Source of the DNA: Geosiphon pyriformis uo1
Taxonomy: Eukaryota > Fungi > Glomeromycota
Assembly: GCA_016748015.1 (NCBI GenBank)
Contig: JAAOMT010000009.1
Coordinates: 1,861,924 to 1,925,923 of the forward strand
DNA: 64,000 bases
Reading direction: 5' to 3'
Under the pieces are notes generated by a model. It was not told the origin of the DNA. It made no database searches and saw only the letters and a program-made list of their open reading frames with translations. This document shows positions 25,990 to 39,650 of the stretch, one piece after another; within the stretch, counting starts at the first letter, position 1; each line of letters starts with the position of its first letter. The position numbers and the translations under genes were made by a program.

Positions 25990-26330
25990 TATTGTTCTTG
26001 ATAAGAAAGTTGTAATTCTTGGGTTTCCCAGTCTAATTTTGCATTGGCTTTTTGGAGCCAATCATTTCTGACAAGGGCTTGATACTGGGGCACATCCATT
26101 ATAAAAACTTTGACTGGAATGGTGATTCTATCAAGAGTAAACAGAAAATTGTCAATTTTTTCTACTGGAGTCTTTTTCATGCCATCGGCAGTGACAATTA
26201 CTGTTTGAGCTGGTTGGTCGACATTTCTCTTTAACTGTTGTATTAACTGGTAGGTGATGATGCTTCCAGCAGATCCACTGTCTAGGATCAAGTGAATTGC
26301 CTTTCTTTCGACTTCTGCTTCAGTATACAT
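25990..26330 (-). pseudogene. Retropepsin aspartic protease of element A
   Basis: LILDSGSAGSII ... QYQALV(G>R)NDWL. Confidence 0.93.
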
Positions 26331-26599
26331 AGCAGTGATTGCTTTTTGTTTGTTGGTGGCTGTATTGCTAAGCAGAAATGATGACTCATTTGCTTCGAAC
26401 TCAAAAGAAAATATATCTCAAAGGTTGGCATTTTCAGCAATTCTGATTGGTGGAATTGTAATAGGAGTATAGGAAAGATTTTGTTGTCATGCTACAGCTT
26501 TACCTTCCAAGAGTACAGTATGGTAAAAATCCTGTTCTTCAAGTATTGTAAGATAGCTAGATTGAGTATGATAATAAGTGGGTTTTGGTTAAGTTAGAT

Positions 26600-28349
26600 T
26601 TCGGGAAACTAATTGGTTATTTGGGTTGATTCTGTTGTTGTTTGTTGCAAATCAGTTTTGTGATGCAAATTGGTTTTGTTGAACCAATCTTTGAGCAGGT
26701 ACTTGGTAATGTTGAATGGGTTGTTGATACTGTTGTTGCATTGGCTGTGAAGCAGGTTGATAGTAGTTGGTTTGATATTGTGGTCTTGGTAGATAGTAAG
26801 CTAGTGGTAGTGGTGGTTGGTAATAAGATTATTGTGGTGAAAGGTAACATTGATTACTCCTATTCTGTTGGTCTCATTGTAGCTTCCTGCAATCTTTTTT
26901 CCAGTGGCCAGGAATTCCACAGTAATGACAATTCTAAGGCTGGTTATTAGAGGATGATGTGAAGTTGTTTTGATTCCATCTTTGGGGTTCCTGTTGTTGT
27001 TGGTTGGTGAAATAGTTTTCAACTTTCTTTGTGAGTTGGTCAATTTTCTCTTTAGCTGCTGAGCTGGTCTCTCCAATGGCTAAGTTCATGAGTTTTGTAC
27101 AATTGGCTTCTTCTATGGCCATTTCATATCTCTTTGCATGCTGAATGGCAGAGTTTAAATCTTCTGGGGCATGTGGGCAAATCTTTTTAATCAGTTTATC
27201 CTTTAAACCAGCAATAAATTGATCCAAGATTTGAGCATTGGAATAATAATCATTAGTTTCAAGTTGGCAAATTTGTCTGAGAAGTTTGTTGAATTTTCCA
27301 ATATAAGTTATGACAGATTTAGAAGGTTTTTGTTTGATATTGCAAAAATGATTTCAAAGTGTGATTGAGATGTTGTTATCAGTGAATTGTTCTAAGAAGG
27401 CAGTTTTGAAAGCTGTCCAGTCATTAAAAGGGGTGGTCAAGTTTTTGAACCATTTGCCTGCTATTCCTTTGAGAAAGTAGGGAATTGTTCTTAACATTCT
27501 GGCAGCATTCCATCCATTTGCATCTCCAGCTTTAGTAACTTGGTTGAGCCATTCTTGGGGACTGATCTCAATGTCTTCTCCATTAAATTTAGAAATTTTT
27601 GTGATATATGCTGTCATTTTGTCTTCTTTATTTTCACTGTCTATTGATTTTTCTTCAGATATTTTAGAGTTGTTTTTTTTGTTCGCTGCTGTCTTAGAGT
27701 GTTTACTTTGATTTTCAGCTAGAAAGTCAAGGAGATTGGAACTAGTTTGAAGGGGTTTTTGTTGTCTGGTGGGACTTTTGAGTGATGTAAAATCTTCTAG
27801 TCTTGCAAATCAATTTAAGAGTGAATTAGGTGTTTGTACTTGTGCAAGTGAAGCTGAAAAAGGTGTGATAGTAAGTAGAAGTTTTGAACTGGTTCTTTGT
27901 TCAGGTGTTTGTAAGTGTTTGGCAGTTGTTTTTGGTAGTATTGGAGTATTTGGGATGGTTTTTGAATATTGCTTCAATTTTTGTTTGCCTTTGTTGCTTG
28001 TTTTCATCTTTGATTCAAAATCAATAGAGTATTGAGACTGCACTAGATATGTTTTTTCACAGTACTTGATAATGTTAAAATTAAGTTTTTGAAAGTAAGT
28101 GGCAAGTGTTTCACTGTTAAGATCTTCAGTTCCCAACTGTGAATAGTGTACTAAATTATTGTAAAGATTGCTTCTAACTTCTGAGATATTGTAATTTCCA
28201 AAAAGATAATTGTTAATGCAGTTTTCAATGTATTGGTATACTGATTTCTTGACAACTTCAATTCCGTCTGGAATGTTGAATCTTTGCTTGCAGTGGGTGT
28301 AAATTAACAGGTAATACTCTAGAGTTGTTGTGTCTAGTGTGGTTGCCAC
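26600..28349 (-). pseudogene. Gag of element A (N-terminal extension, capsid, CCHC knuckle)
   Basis: F.GED...PQEWL..V.KA..ANGW....L..IPYFLKG.A..W capsid motif; DQFIAGL; CHYCGIPGHWKKDC (frameshifted) at ~26890-26930. Confidence 0.88.
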
Positions 28350-28394
28350 TTTGAAGTTGTTTTTGCTGTGTTGTTTTCATGGGAGAGCACTAAA

Positions 28395-29381
28395 TGTTAC
28401 TGGAGGTTTTTGGTCTCTTCTTAGCTCTTGTATGTTTGTTGTAGTGCTGTTAATTCACGACTATGAGAAGTGTTTGAATCTCTGATAACTGAATTTTATC
28501 TTCAAATTATCTCCTATAATTTGAACTACTGGACTTATAAGTGGAATGGCCAATTCCATGCCAGTTGCTTCATGTAGTTACATTGTAGTAAACATCAACT
28601 CTTTCCCAGAAATTGCTCATCTGGAAGCTCACTAAAAATGTGTAGTTACTTTGCTGTGAAAGTCAACTTTTCTACAGGAATCTCATCTGTAGGCTACTCT
28701 AATAATTATAATAAGAAAATAAAAGAAAAAAAATAAAGAAATGTAAAAGAAATAGAATTCTGTCAAGGAAAACGTTTTCTATTTAGGTCTGGAGTCATTA
28801 ACAGTTTACTGAAATTGGTAGCTAATCAATTTCAAAATGTTAGTTGGGTTTTTTGGAGATTTTTCAAGTGCAATATTTTAAAAAAATTGGTTTTTTGAAT
28901 TATTTGATATTTTATTTCTTTTTGTGTGTGTAGGAATGGTTCTAAGTGATAAATCTAAAAATAAGATATATTTTCTTGAAGAGAAAAGCTCTTCTTTTAT
29001 ACAACTTATCATATCACTATTCTATGAACTTGAACTTTGTTCTTTTCTACAATTTTGCTGAACTAAAAATACATTTCGGCAAACTACAAGTTATTTTTGT
29101 GAACTATTTGATATTTTGGTGAACTATCAATTATTTTGGCAAATTTCTACAAATTTCAGCAAACTTTTGAATGTTACATATTTTGGGGTATTGTATGATT
29201 GATCATCACAATTAGGTTACATTTGTGTTATGTACAAATTGGGTTATTAATTAAATGATAATTTCGGACATTTTGCTAATATAATAAGTGATAATTTGAA
29301 ATAATAATATATGCTAATTAATGATAGGAATTATAAAGATAATTTCATGCTAAATAATATCTCTAATTTTGTCTGGTAACA
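28395..29381 (-). repeat. 5' LTR of element A
   Basis: Direct repeat of 19541-20503. Followed on the minus strand by the PBS-like TT-T(G>A)GTGCTCTCCCATG (28378-28394). Confidence 0.96.
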
Positions 29382-30859
29382 GTAGTAATAATGAATGATT
29401 TACTATAATCTGGATAGATTAATACTGGAGCTTGAATAAGCTTTCTTCTTAAGATGTCAAATGCTTTTTGCTGAATTTCAGTCCATTCATACTTTGCATT
29501 TTTGGTTTGAAAATCATTGAGTAGTTGTGCTATCTTTGAAAAGTTCTTTATGAAGCATCTATAATAGCTCATGAATCCCAAGAATGATTTCAGCTCGGTT
29601 ATGTTGGTTGGTATTGGAAAGTTCTTTACTATCTCTATTTTCTCTGGATCTGTTTTTATGCCATCTTTGCTAACTATATGTTTCAAGAATTTTAGTTCTG
29701 TTTTACCAAAAAAACACTTTGTTGTATTCAATTTTAATCTTGCTCATTGTAGTCTTTTGAACACTTGTTGGAGATAACATAAATGATCATTGAATGTTTT
29801 TGAGAACACATTGGTGTCGTCCAAGTATACAACTACTGATTTCCATAATAAGCTGGTATACATGATTACCATTAGCTGTTAAAATGTAGCTGGAGCATTG
29901 GTTAAGCCAAATGACATAACTTCAAACTCAAAGTTTCCTTCTCTTGTGGTGAACGCCATTTTTTCTTTGTCGGCTGGATCCATGGCTACTTGCCAGTACC
30001 CACTATTCAAGTCTAACATTGAGAATCATTTGTTTCCACCAAAAGCATTGAATAGTTTTTGTATCCATGAAGTTGGATAGCTGTTTCTATGAGTTACACC
30101 ATTGAGTTTTCTGTAGTCTACACAAAATTGGATTTTTCTATTTTTCTTATGGACGAATACTACTGGTGACAACTATGGGCTCATTGATGGCTGAATTAAC
30201 CCATTGTTAAGCATTTGGTTGATTTCTTGACAGATGATTTCATGGCTGGCTGGTGGTACCCTATATGCTTGCTGTTTGATTAGCATTGTATCTCCAGTTT
30301 TGATCTGATGCTGGATAATATCAGTTCTGCCAAATTTGTTTTCACTGGCGAAGATGTCATTGAAATTATTAAGTAATATCTTTAGTTGCATCTGTTGAAG
30401 TAAGTCTAGATTTTCTATATTCATCTGTTCCAATTGTTTTGGCTGTAACAAATAACATTTGTTTTGTCCATAGATGGTTTGTAATGTAATGTCCACATAT
30501 CCACAAAGCTGTAGAAAATCTGGAATGCTGCTTGGTGCTTGATCTTCAATTTCTATGATTAAATATCCAAGAGTGGTTCCTTTCGGTATCTCTACAACAT
30601 TTTTGGTGTTGTTGTAGATAGGAATTTTGATATGATTATGGCTTTTGGCTGGTATGTATAGATTGATAAGTCCAATTTTTTCTGATTCACAAAGAGTTGC
30701 TTCTGCTTCAAAAATCTGTTCTTGCTCCTTCTCTCTCCTTTCTATTGCTAACATGTATAGACTATATGGTGGAATGAAAATTGTTTGACCGGTTGAGATA
30801 ATTTCTCCTTGGCCAATAATTTTTTTCTTCACCATATTAACTGGTACATCTATTCTATC

Positions 30860-31270
30860 CATTGATCCAAATCCCTGTATTCCTTTTGCTGTTATCTCTA
30901 ATTCTTCTCTATTTCCTACTAACACTAACTGAGCAATTTTTACCAGAAACAGGAATATTGCCTGTGCTATCCTTTCATTTGGCTCTATAACATAGGCCTT
31001 TTCTGAGTCATTTTGTAGCATAGCAATGATATTTTCTACATATCCTGCATCAATTATTCTTCTTCTAATGTTTATCCCTTTTTTCACTAGACTATTCCTC
31101 AAAGCTAGTTGAATCATTGTTGTTGCTAGAATTTCCAAAACTATTTTGAGATCTATACAAGTGCATAAATGTGGTTCCAATTTAATAACATCTTTTTCTG
31201 GATACCTCAGATCAAATCCAGTATTAGTATTATGTGCGCATTCTGGCATGATACCTTTATTATTATTGCT
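30860..31270 (-). pseudogene. dUTPase domain of element B
   Basis: AHNTNTGFDLRYP, LALRNSL, IIDAGYV, ERIAQAIF, GIQGFGS. Confidence 0.92.
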
Positions 31271-34200
31271 AAACTATTTTAGTTTCAATTCTTTGGTGAG
31301 ATCAGAAATTGCAATATATTGTTCATATTTTAAATCGGAGTTTGAATCTGAGTGGGAATCATTGTTGTCATTATTGCCATATTGGATGGAGTTAGAACTG
31401 GTATTTTTGTTATCATTATTGTCAGAGTTTGAATTGAGATTGAACAGTGATTCTGATTCTGATGTACAGCTGCTAATTGGTTCTTTTTCTTTGGGGATCA
31501 TGTAGATCATGTGTGGTGGTGGATTGTAGATGAAATCACACTTATTACAAAATTGGAAGTCACATGGAATCAAACAGTGGTCACATAATTGGGTGTTGAT
31601 TTTTTCCAAGTGTTGCTCTTGCTTTTCTCTCATGGGTGCTAGATTTTGATAGTGTTCATGAAATTTTTCTGGGCTGTTTTCTAAGTCGATAAAGGCATTT
31701 GGGTTAAGAATTAAAACAATGTCTGTTGGTTCTGGAGGGTTATTCTTGATCTCCAGAATTTCACTGGACGAAGTGTCTTCTACTTTGGCATTGGTCATTT
31801 GCTAGATTTTGTCCTTGTCATGTGGATAGCCATCTAGGCAGGATATAGCTCTGTGCCATGCTACTGTAATGGGTGTACTATGACTCACCCAGTCACTGAT
31901 GAGGATTGTGTATTGGCATAAAGCGTTGCACGTTTTTCCTCAATAAGGAATATTGTTCCACATTCCTTCATCAAGTAATTGTTTGTTGCAAGTGAAACAT
32001 AGTTTGTTGTCTCACTTGCCTTGTCTTTTTGGGTAGCCATATCATTTCCTATGGCAGGTTTGCAATAGTAATGAGTTTGTGTCTAGTAGTCTTTGTTTGA
32101 TGCTACCCAAGCTCCCATTGAAAACAGTTTTTTCCCACAGTCCTTGCATTTGAGAGATATATATGATGGCTTTTTTATTGGTTCACATAAGTATTCTCTT
32201 TCCCAGCCACTAGTTATTTCTTCTGCAGTAGTGGTTTCTTCAGATATGTTTTCTTCCCTTCCTTTTCCTTTTTCCTTGTTTTTTTCTTCCCAATCTAGAA
32301 TTGGTGGCATCTCACTTTGGTTGTTGTCGGTTCAAGTGTCGATGGTGGCTTCTCAGGTAGGTTTTTCTTTTTGTTTTTCCTTTCCATTGTCATTGTTGTT
32401 CCAGACAAGTATTGGCAGCAGTCCATTGTGGTTGATGTCGGCCCATAAGACTTGGTATACTTCCCAAGTGGGTTTTGCTTTTTCTTTCTCGAATTCGATA
32501 AGTGGTATTGATGGCGTAGTGATGGGCTTGAAGTGGCCACACATGGCTGGTACCTGTGTGTGTCAATCATTCTGGCTAAGCTGAAGCTCTTGGGTGTTTT
32601 AATCTAAGATTGCATTGGTTTTAGACAGCCAGTCATTTCCAATGAGTGCTTGGTATTGAGTGGCTTCCATGACAAGTACTTTGATTGGTACTATGATGCC
32701 ATTGACTTCTATGGGGAAATCATCAATCTCTCCAATAGGTGTTTTGGTCACTCTATCAGCTGTAATAATTCTGGTGCTGACAGCACAATCAACTTGGCAA
32801 TCTAATTGATTTATGAGTTGTTTTGTGATGATGCTGTCAGCTAATCCACTATCTAGAATCAGTTTGATGGAATGACCATCAACTTTTGCATCAGTGTATA
32901 TTGTGGTGATGAGTTTTTCCTTAAGTGCTGCTCCACTGAACAAAGGTGAGTTGATGGTTTCCTCTAATTCAAAAAGAAAGATGGCTACAAGAGATTTATT
33001 TTTGGTGACCGTTGCTGGTGGAATATTGTTGGTAAGTGTTGTTTGGAGCAGGTTAGATTCCGAGTTGTTAGTAATGGCATTTTCTAAGGTAACCAGAAGA
33101 CTTAAATAGTTCTGGGAATTCGGGTTTTAGGTGAAACCAGTACCCAAATTCTGCTGTCGAGAGCCTGATGGTTGGTGAGAGGAGCTGAGGATCAGTTGAT
33201 GAACAACTATCGCCAATCTCCAGTTTTGAGTAATTCTAAGTCTTGGATTTCCTGATGTCATTTGAGTAGGGTTTTGGAGTGGTGTTTGAATTAGTTGTTG
33301 GGGCTGATAAATTATTTGGGGCTGCAGCTAATAAATTACCAGTGGCTGCGGTTGATAAATTGGAGGTTGATATACTGGTGGTTGATAGATTAGTTGCTGC
33401 ATCATTGGCAGGTAAGTGGTTTGATATTGGTTTTGATTTGGGTAGTGATTCTGAGTCTGAAATCTGCGATCGGGATTTTGATATTGATTTCCTGATTGTG
33501 AATTGTTGCTATAAAATCAACAGTCAGCTCTAATGTGATCTTGTTTACCATAGTTGTGGCAAACACATGTTTCTGGCTGCCACGGCTGATTGGGTAATAA
33601 TAATGATGATGATGTTGATGGACACGGCTGATTTTGGAAATGATTCGTGTTTTCTGAATTATTGCATTGTTGTAGTAGTTGATAGATTGCATGATTGTCA
33701 ACTAAGTATCCCTTTAGTTTCTAATTAATTGTATCACTGAATTGTTTTAGTTTGGAATCCAAGTCAGATGATCTGTTCATCACTAAATTTACAGCTTGGG
33801 CATGGTTGGCTTCTAGCTTGGCTGCTTTAAAATCTCTGGCATGAGTGATAGTAGTTGGAAGATCAACTGGATGCATTGAACATACTCACTGAAGAATGCT
33901 ACTGCACAATCCTCTGATGAACTGGTTCAAGATCTGTGGTGCTGTAAAGTAATCAGCTTGGATTGTCTGAATTTGGTGCAGATTTCTATGGAAGTGTCCC
34001 AAATAAGTGGTGACTGCTTTTGTGTCCCCTTGTTTGATAGTGGTGAATGTGTTGGTCAAGCGATTGATACTATTGTTATTACTAAAGTATTTTAAGAATT
34101 CTGTTTTGAACTCATTGAAGGTTTGTGGTTTGGTGGCTAGGCTCTAATACCACGAGTCAGCAGTATCTTTGAGAAAATAGGGGATTGCTTGAAGGGCTCT

Positions 34201-35366
34201 ACCATCATTCCATCTGTTAACTACTATGGCTTTTTTCACGTTATTGAGCCATATTTGGGCATCATCCTCTTTGCTGGTAAAATTGTCAAGTTTTGCAATT
34301 GGTGCATAGGCCATTGGATCTAAGTTGGGTTGTTGTGGTGGTAGTTAAAGTAGTTGTTGTTGCATGGATTGTTGAAGTGGTAGTTAAAGTAGTGGTTATA
34401 GGAGTTCAGCTATTGGATTAATTGGTGGTTGATTGATGACAATTACTGGAGGTAAGTTTTGTTGATTTATTAAATTGGGGTTTCAATTATCCTAAGTTGG
34501 CAGTGTCTGAATATTCGGAGTTTCAATTTCTGGATTTTCTGGGTTTAGATTTTGCTGGGTTTGAAGATTTGGGGTTTCAAATTCTGGGTTTTCAGTAATC
34601 GGGTTCTGATAAGTAAATTTTTAATCTTCAGCTTCTTTTTTTTCCTCTTTTTCTGATTCCATTACTTCTCATGGATCAGAAATTCTGAAATTTGAGGGAG
34701 GCAGTGGCGATCAGAGTCCTGATAGCATTGATGATCGCGAGTTAAATCCTTCAAAATACATGCCATATGGTCCTAATAACTCTGCTTTCCTTTGTTTACT
34801 TTGGAATGGGAATCATCCAAATGCTAATGTCATGTTTGATGTGGCCATGCTAGTAGATGTAATATTAATGATGCTTCTGGGTGTATAGTGATATAATGGA
34901 TTAGTTGGGGACTCAACTTTTGTTTTCTTTCAAGTAGGTGGTTGTATTTTTTTGGGTGTTACTGCTAGTGTTTGCAGTTTTTCTTTGTCTTTGCTCGCAT
35001 AAATAATGGGGTATCTTTGCTGTATATGGTGTTCAATTTCTTTGTTGATTTCCATGATGATGAAGGCAAAATTGTGATTTGTTGGCAGATTGGTATTTTG
35101 AATTAATTCACTGTAAAAGGCTTCTCTTGCCGATCCAATATTTACTGGTGTTTCTAACAGATAGGCAATTCTTTTGTTGATATAGAAATTGAAAGCTGAT
35201 TCTACTGATATGTGGTTGTGATTTAATCCCAAATGTTGACAGTAGTGTTAAAATAAGAATTTTGCAAATCCTAGATAGTTTGCTTCTATGTTTTCTGATT
35301 CTGCCACTTTTAGATTTGTGTTGGTACTGATTCTCTGTAAAATTATACCTCACAGGAAGCACCAAA

Positions 35367-36204
35367 TGTTACAGATGACTAATTCTGGTGTTGAATTAAA
35401 TAACAAACTCATAACTTGGTGCTCAAATCTAGTTGCAGTTGATAGTGATCTGAAGGTTTGTATCCGAACCATTTGGTTGAGTTTTTTGTATAATGGACAA
35501 AAATTCAATGATAATAGTTTTATCCGTAGCTTCCTGAAACCACAGTTTCATCAATTTCTTTCTCAGCTTGATGGCCAGTATTCTTCCTGGTAAGCTATCC
35601 TCAATCGAGTGTTCTACTCTTATTTCTAGGTCTTTTACCAGTCATGTTTATCCTGACGTTAGTATCCCGCACGTTAATCCTCAATAGAGTTAGTAAACAA
35701 CAATAAAATCAAAGCAAAAAATAAAAAAAGAAAAGAAAATAAAGAAAGAAAAGAAATAAGCCAAGACAATTTGCAAGTTAGTATTCCATCAATAGCCATG
35801 ATCAAGAGCTATTGTTCCAGTATGGTTAAGTATCAATTACTATCAACATGAAGTGTTGATAGTGGCAGTGGGTTTGAGATAACAAACAGTTATTTATTTG
35901 TGGTTTGGAAAATTGTCCAGATCAAATCTAAACTAAGAGATCTGTCTTTTTAGCTTCTAATTCTACTGCTATATATACATAATTGAGATTCCTCAATTCT
36001 TCAATTTTTCACAACAGGAATCCTGCAATTTCTTTGAGAGGAATCCTGAAATTCTGGAATCCTGTGATTCCTTGTAAAAATTCTGTAATTTCTGAAATCC
36101 TGCAATTCCTGAAAAAAATTCTGAAATTTCACATTTTACTATGTCTACTTCTGATTGGTTAATAACTATGCTAATATATATTCTCTATATTTCTATGAGT
36201 AACA
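35367..36204 (-). repeat. 5' LTR of element B, with internal short tandem repeats (~36015-36130)
   Basis: TG...CA termini, adjacent PBS, CCAAT and TATA-like boxes. Homologous to the eroded LTR at 47779-48631(+). Confidence 0.92.
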
Positions 36205-39200
36205 ATGAATATAAAATAGTCCATCTCACTTGTGGTCAAACTTTCCACTCCATTGTTTTTCTGCTTTGGTATGATGCAATAATACTTTGTTTCCTATTTT
36301 ATAGCTAATTATATTATCTGGTAACTGGTTATTATGTCTTACTTTTTGTTGTGCTTGTGACTGTTCAATATTTTGAGCTGCTTTTCTTCTTTTGTTCTCC
36401 AAAATTTCCATTAACTTATATGTTCTTCTAAGTATTGTTTTGTGGAATGTTGTTTCTGTAATAATTTCATTTGGATAAGTTGGAATAATAAGTTCAATTA
36501 GTAATATGGCCTTTCTTCTATAAACCAATTCAAATAGTGTGAATTGTATAATATTTTGTTTTAATGTTCTATATGCTAATAAAACTGCTGGTATAAACAA
36601 ATCCCATTTTTTTTCATGTTCATTGCTGATTTTGGCTAATGCTTCACATAGTGTATAGTTAAACCATTCAACTAATCCATTTGTTTGGAAGTGGTATGAT
36701 GATAATAGTGGTCATTTAATTCCAAATCTTTGGCTAAGCTCATTTAGTGTACTGTTTACGAAATGTGTTCTTTGGTCTGACAACAATTTTTGTGAACATC
36801 CATGGTGGCAAATTAAATCTTCATGTACAAAATGGGCTACGAATATAGCATCAGCTGTTTGAATGGCTCTGGCTTCTGGCCATTTAGTGAGGTAATCTAC
36901 TACTACTGTAATATAATGATTGTTTCTTGCTGTTATTGGTAATGGTCCAACTAAATCAATTCCAATTCTATCAAATAGTTGTCCAACTTTTATGAATCTT
37001 AGTGGTTCTGTTGTTTTTGTTTCTCCTTTTTATTGGCACAGGTCACAATTTCTTATGTATTAGATAATATTTGAGTGCATTTTTGGCCAATAATAACGAC
37101 TAGTTGTATGTTAAATAGTTGCTTCTTTTCCAAAGTGGCCTAAATGGATATCCAAGTACATGTTAAATAAGATAGTTTCTTTTTCATTTTCGGTTATAAC
37201 TCTCAATGGATTATCTGAATTTTGTTAATTCTGGTAATAAAGTATGTAGTTTTGAATAAAATAATGTTTTGATAATTTCTGGAACTTAATTAGTTCTTTT
37301 ATTAATGTGTTTTTATCTAACTATAGTGTTCTCAAGTATTGGCTAAGATTTTTGTAAAGATAATTGTCTATTGTTTATGAATTGATTGTTTAATGGTTTT
37401 TATGTGTGTTTCATTCGTGACAAACAGTTAGCATTGGCATTTTTGGTATCTTTTTTGTATTTGATGATATAATCATATGGTGCTAATATTTGTGATCATC
37501 TGGTGTATTTTTTTTCAGTGCTTTCTTGTTATTTAACCAGACCAGATCTCTATAATCTGTGGTAATATCAAAAGATTTGTACCATAAATATGTGTCAAAG
37601 TAAATGCAACTCCAGACTACTGCTAAGCATTCCAGTTCATGTACTGCATAGTTTTGCTCTGCCATACTAAGACTTCTACTGGCATAAGCAATTATATGTT
37701 CTTTTTCATTATCATCTTTTTGTGAAAGAATGGCTCCAAGTCCCATTCCAAAGGCATTTGTGGCCAAAATAAATTTCTTGTTGAAACCCGAATAGATTAT
37801 TATTGGTGATTCAATAAGCTTTTGCCTAAGATACTCAAAAGCTTTTTGCTGTGTTTTGGTCCATTCAAATTTCACATTTTTAGATAGTAGATAATTAAAA
37901 GGTTTGGCAATGTTTAAAAAGTTTTTTATAAAGTGGCAGTAGTAAAATGTGAGTTCTAAAAAACTTCTAATTTCTGAAACATTTTGAGATATTGAAAAAT
38001 TTTTCACTTTGTCTATTTTTGATGGATCTGGTTTTATTCTATCTTTTTCAACTATGTGTCCTAGAAATGCTAGCTTATTTTTCCCAAAGAAACATTTTTC
38101 TAAATTTAATTTAAGTCCAGCATGTCTTAATCTTTCAAAAACTTGTTGTAAATGTTGGAGATGATCTGCGAATTTTGGCGAGAAAACATTTGTATTGTCT
38201 AAGTAGACAACAATGGATTGTTACAGAATTCCAGAATAAATTACATCCATTAGTCTTTGAAATGTTGCAGGGACATTGGTGAGTTCAAAGGACATTATAT
38301 TGAATTCATAATTGCCATTTTGTGTGGTAAATGCTGTTTTGTGTCTGTCTTTTGAATCTATTTCAACCTGTTAGTATCTACTGGTCAAGTCAAATGTAGA
38401 AAACCATTTTGCTCTTCCAAAAATGTCAAAGATTTTGTCAATTAACAGTATTGGGTATGAGTCTTTGGTTGTTTTGCTGTTTAGTTTGTGATAGTCAATG
38501 CAAAATCTAATTTTTCTGTTTTTTTTTCTTACTAAAACAACTGGTAAGGACCATGGGCTTATTGATAGTTAAATTATTTTTTTTTTCAACATGCTTTGGA
38601 CTTCTTTTCTGATAAAATTATGCTCTATTGGTGGGACACAGTAAGCACGTTGTTTTTCAGGTTTAGCGTCCCCAGTAAGAATTTGGTGTTGAACCAAATT
38701 GGTTTTTCCAAATTCACTATTTCATGAAAATATATTAGAGTATTTTAAAATTAATGCTTTTAATTGTCACTGTTGGTCTGAATCCATTGTTTCAATGTTT
38801 AATTTGGCCAATTTTTTTGGCGTAAATTAATAGCATTCCAACGGTTGTTGCCAATTTATTGAAGTGAGTTCACAGTAAAGGGCAATTTCTAGGAAATTTA
38901 GAATTTTTTATAGTGTTGACACGTTTTCTAGCTCCATTCCAAGGTATCCCATGATGGTATTTTCTGGAATGTATATAAGCTCTTCTGTGGTATTCATGAT
39001 AGGAATTTTTATTCATTGTGTTTTGTTAGCTAGAATAAAAAAGTTAATAAGTCCTATAGAAAACTGTTGGCAAGTTTCTGGGTGGGGCTCAAATATTAGA
39101 TTTATATCTTTTATTGTCCTTTTTATTTTAATTTCTGATTTTCTGTAAGGCATAAGCATGATTGACTGCTCAGTTTTAATTAATTCACCTTTTTCTTCTA

Positions 39201-39229
39201 TTGTTTCAGTGAAATTTGCTTCAATTCCT

Positions 39230-39650
39230 TTTCCTGTCGATCCGAAACCAAAAGTTCTTCTCGTTGTTTGTATCAATTCCTCATGATTTTCCACTGGCAT
39301 GAATTTCCCAATTTTTACTAATGGTAGAAAAATTGCTTGTGCAATCTTCTCCTTAGATTCAATAGTATAAGATTTTTCTGAATTGTTCTGTAGCAAAACC
39401 ATCAAATTTCCAGTATATCCAGAGTTAATTACTCTTCCTTGAATACTTATTTCTTTTTTTGCGAGGTTTAATCACAATGCTATTTGAACCATTATTCCTG
39501 GTGGAATTTCAACCACTATTTTCAGATTAATTTTGGTGATGCTCCTGGGTGGTAACATTGTGGATTGGTCTTCTAGATAATGTAGATTGAATTCGGCGTT
39601 GGTTGGATGGACTCTTTCAGGTATTATTCCTAAGTGCCTATTGTTATAGT
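39230..39650 (-). pseudogene. dUTPase domain of element C
   Basis: PERVHPTNAEFNL, VINSGYTGNL, EKIAQAIF, R.TFGFGSTG. Confidence 0.88.

Larger units (their letters stand above)
19541..29381 (-). mobile_element. Ty3/Gypsy LTR retrotransposon A (both LTRs present, dUTPase-containing, pseudogenised)
   Basis: LTRs 19541-20503 and 28395-29381 (TGTTAC...GTAACA). PBS-like site next to the 5' LTR, PPT next to the 3' LTR. Domain order gag-PR-dUTPase-RT-RH-IN. Confidence 0.96.
29382..36204 (-). mobile_element. Ty3/Gypsy element B, 5' half only (LTR-gag-PR-Cys domain-dUTPase-RT), cut at RNase H by element A
   Basis: LTR 35367-36204 (TGTTAC...GTAACA). PBS TGGTGCTTCCTGTGAGG. Capsid AIPYFLKDTADSWY. PR LILDSG at ~32850. 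dUTPase 31249-30860. [12 protein letters not shown] and YLDD at ~29820. Confidence 0.93.

Noticed and set aside
19537-29385. TSD for element A
   Set aside because: Flanks ATGT and GTAG do not match and belong to different host elements.
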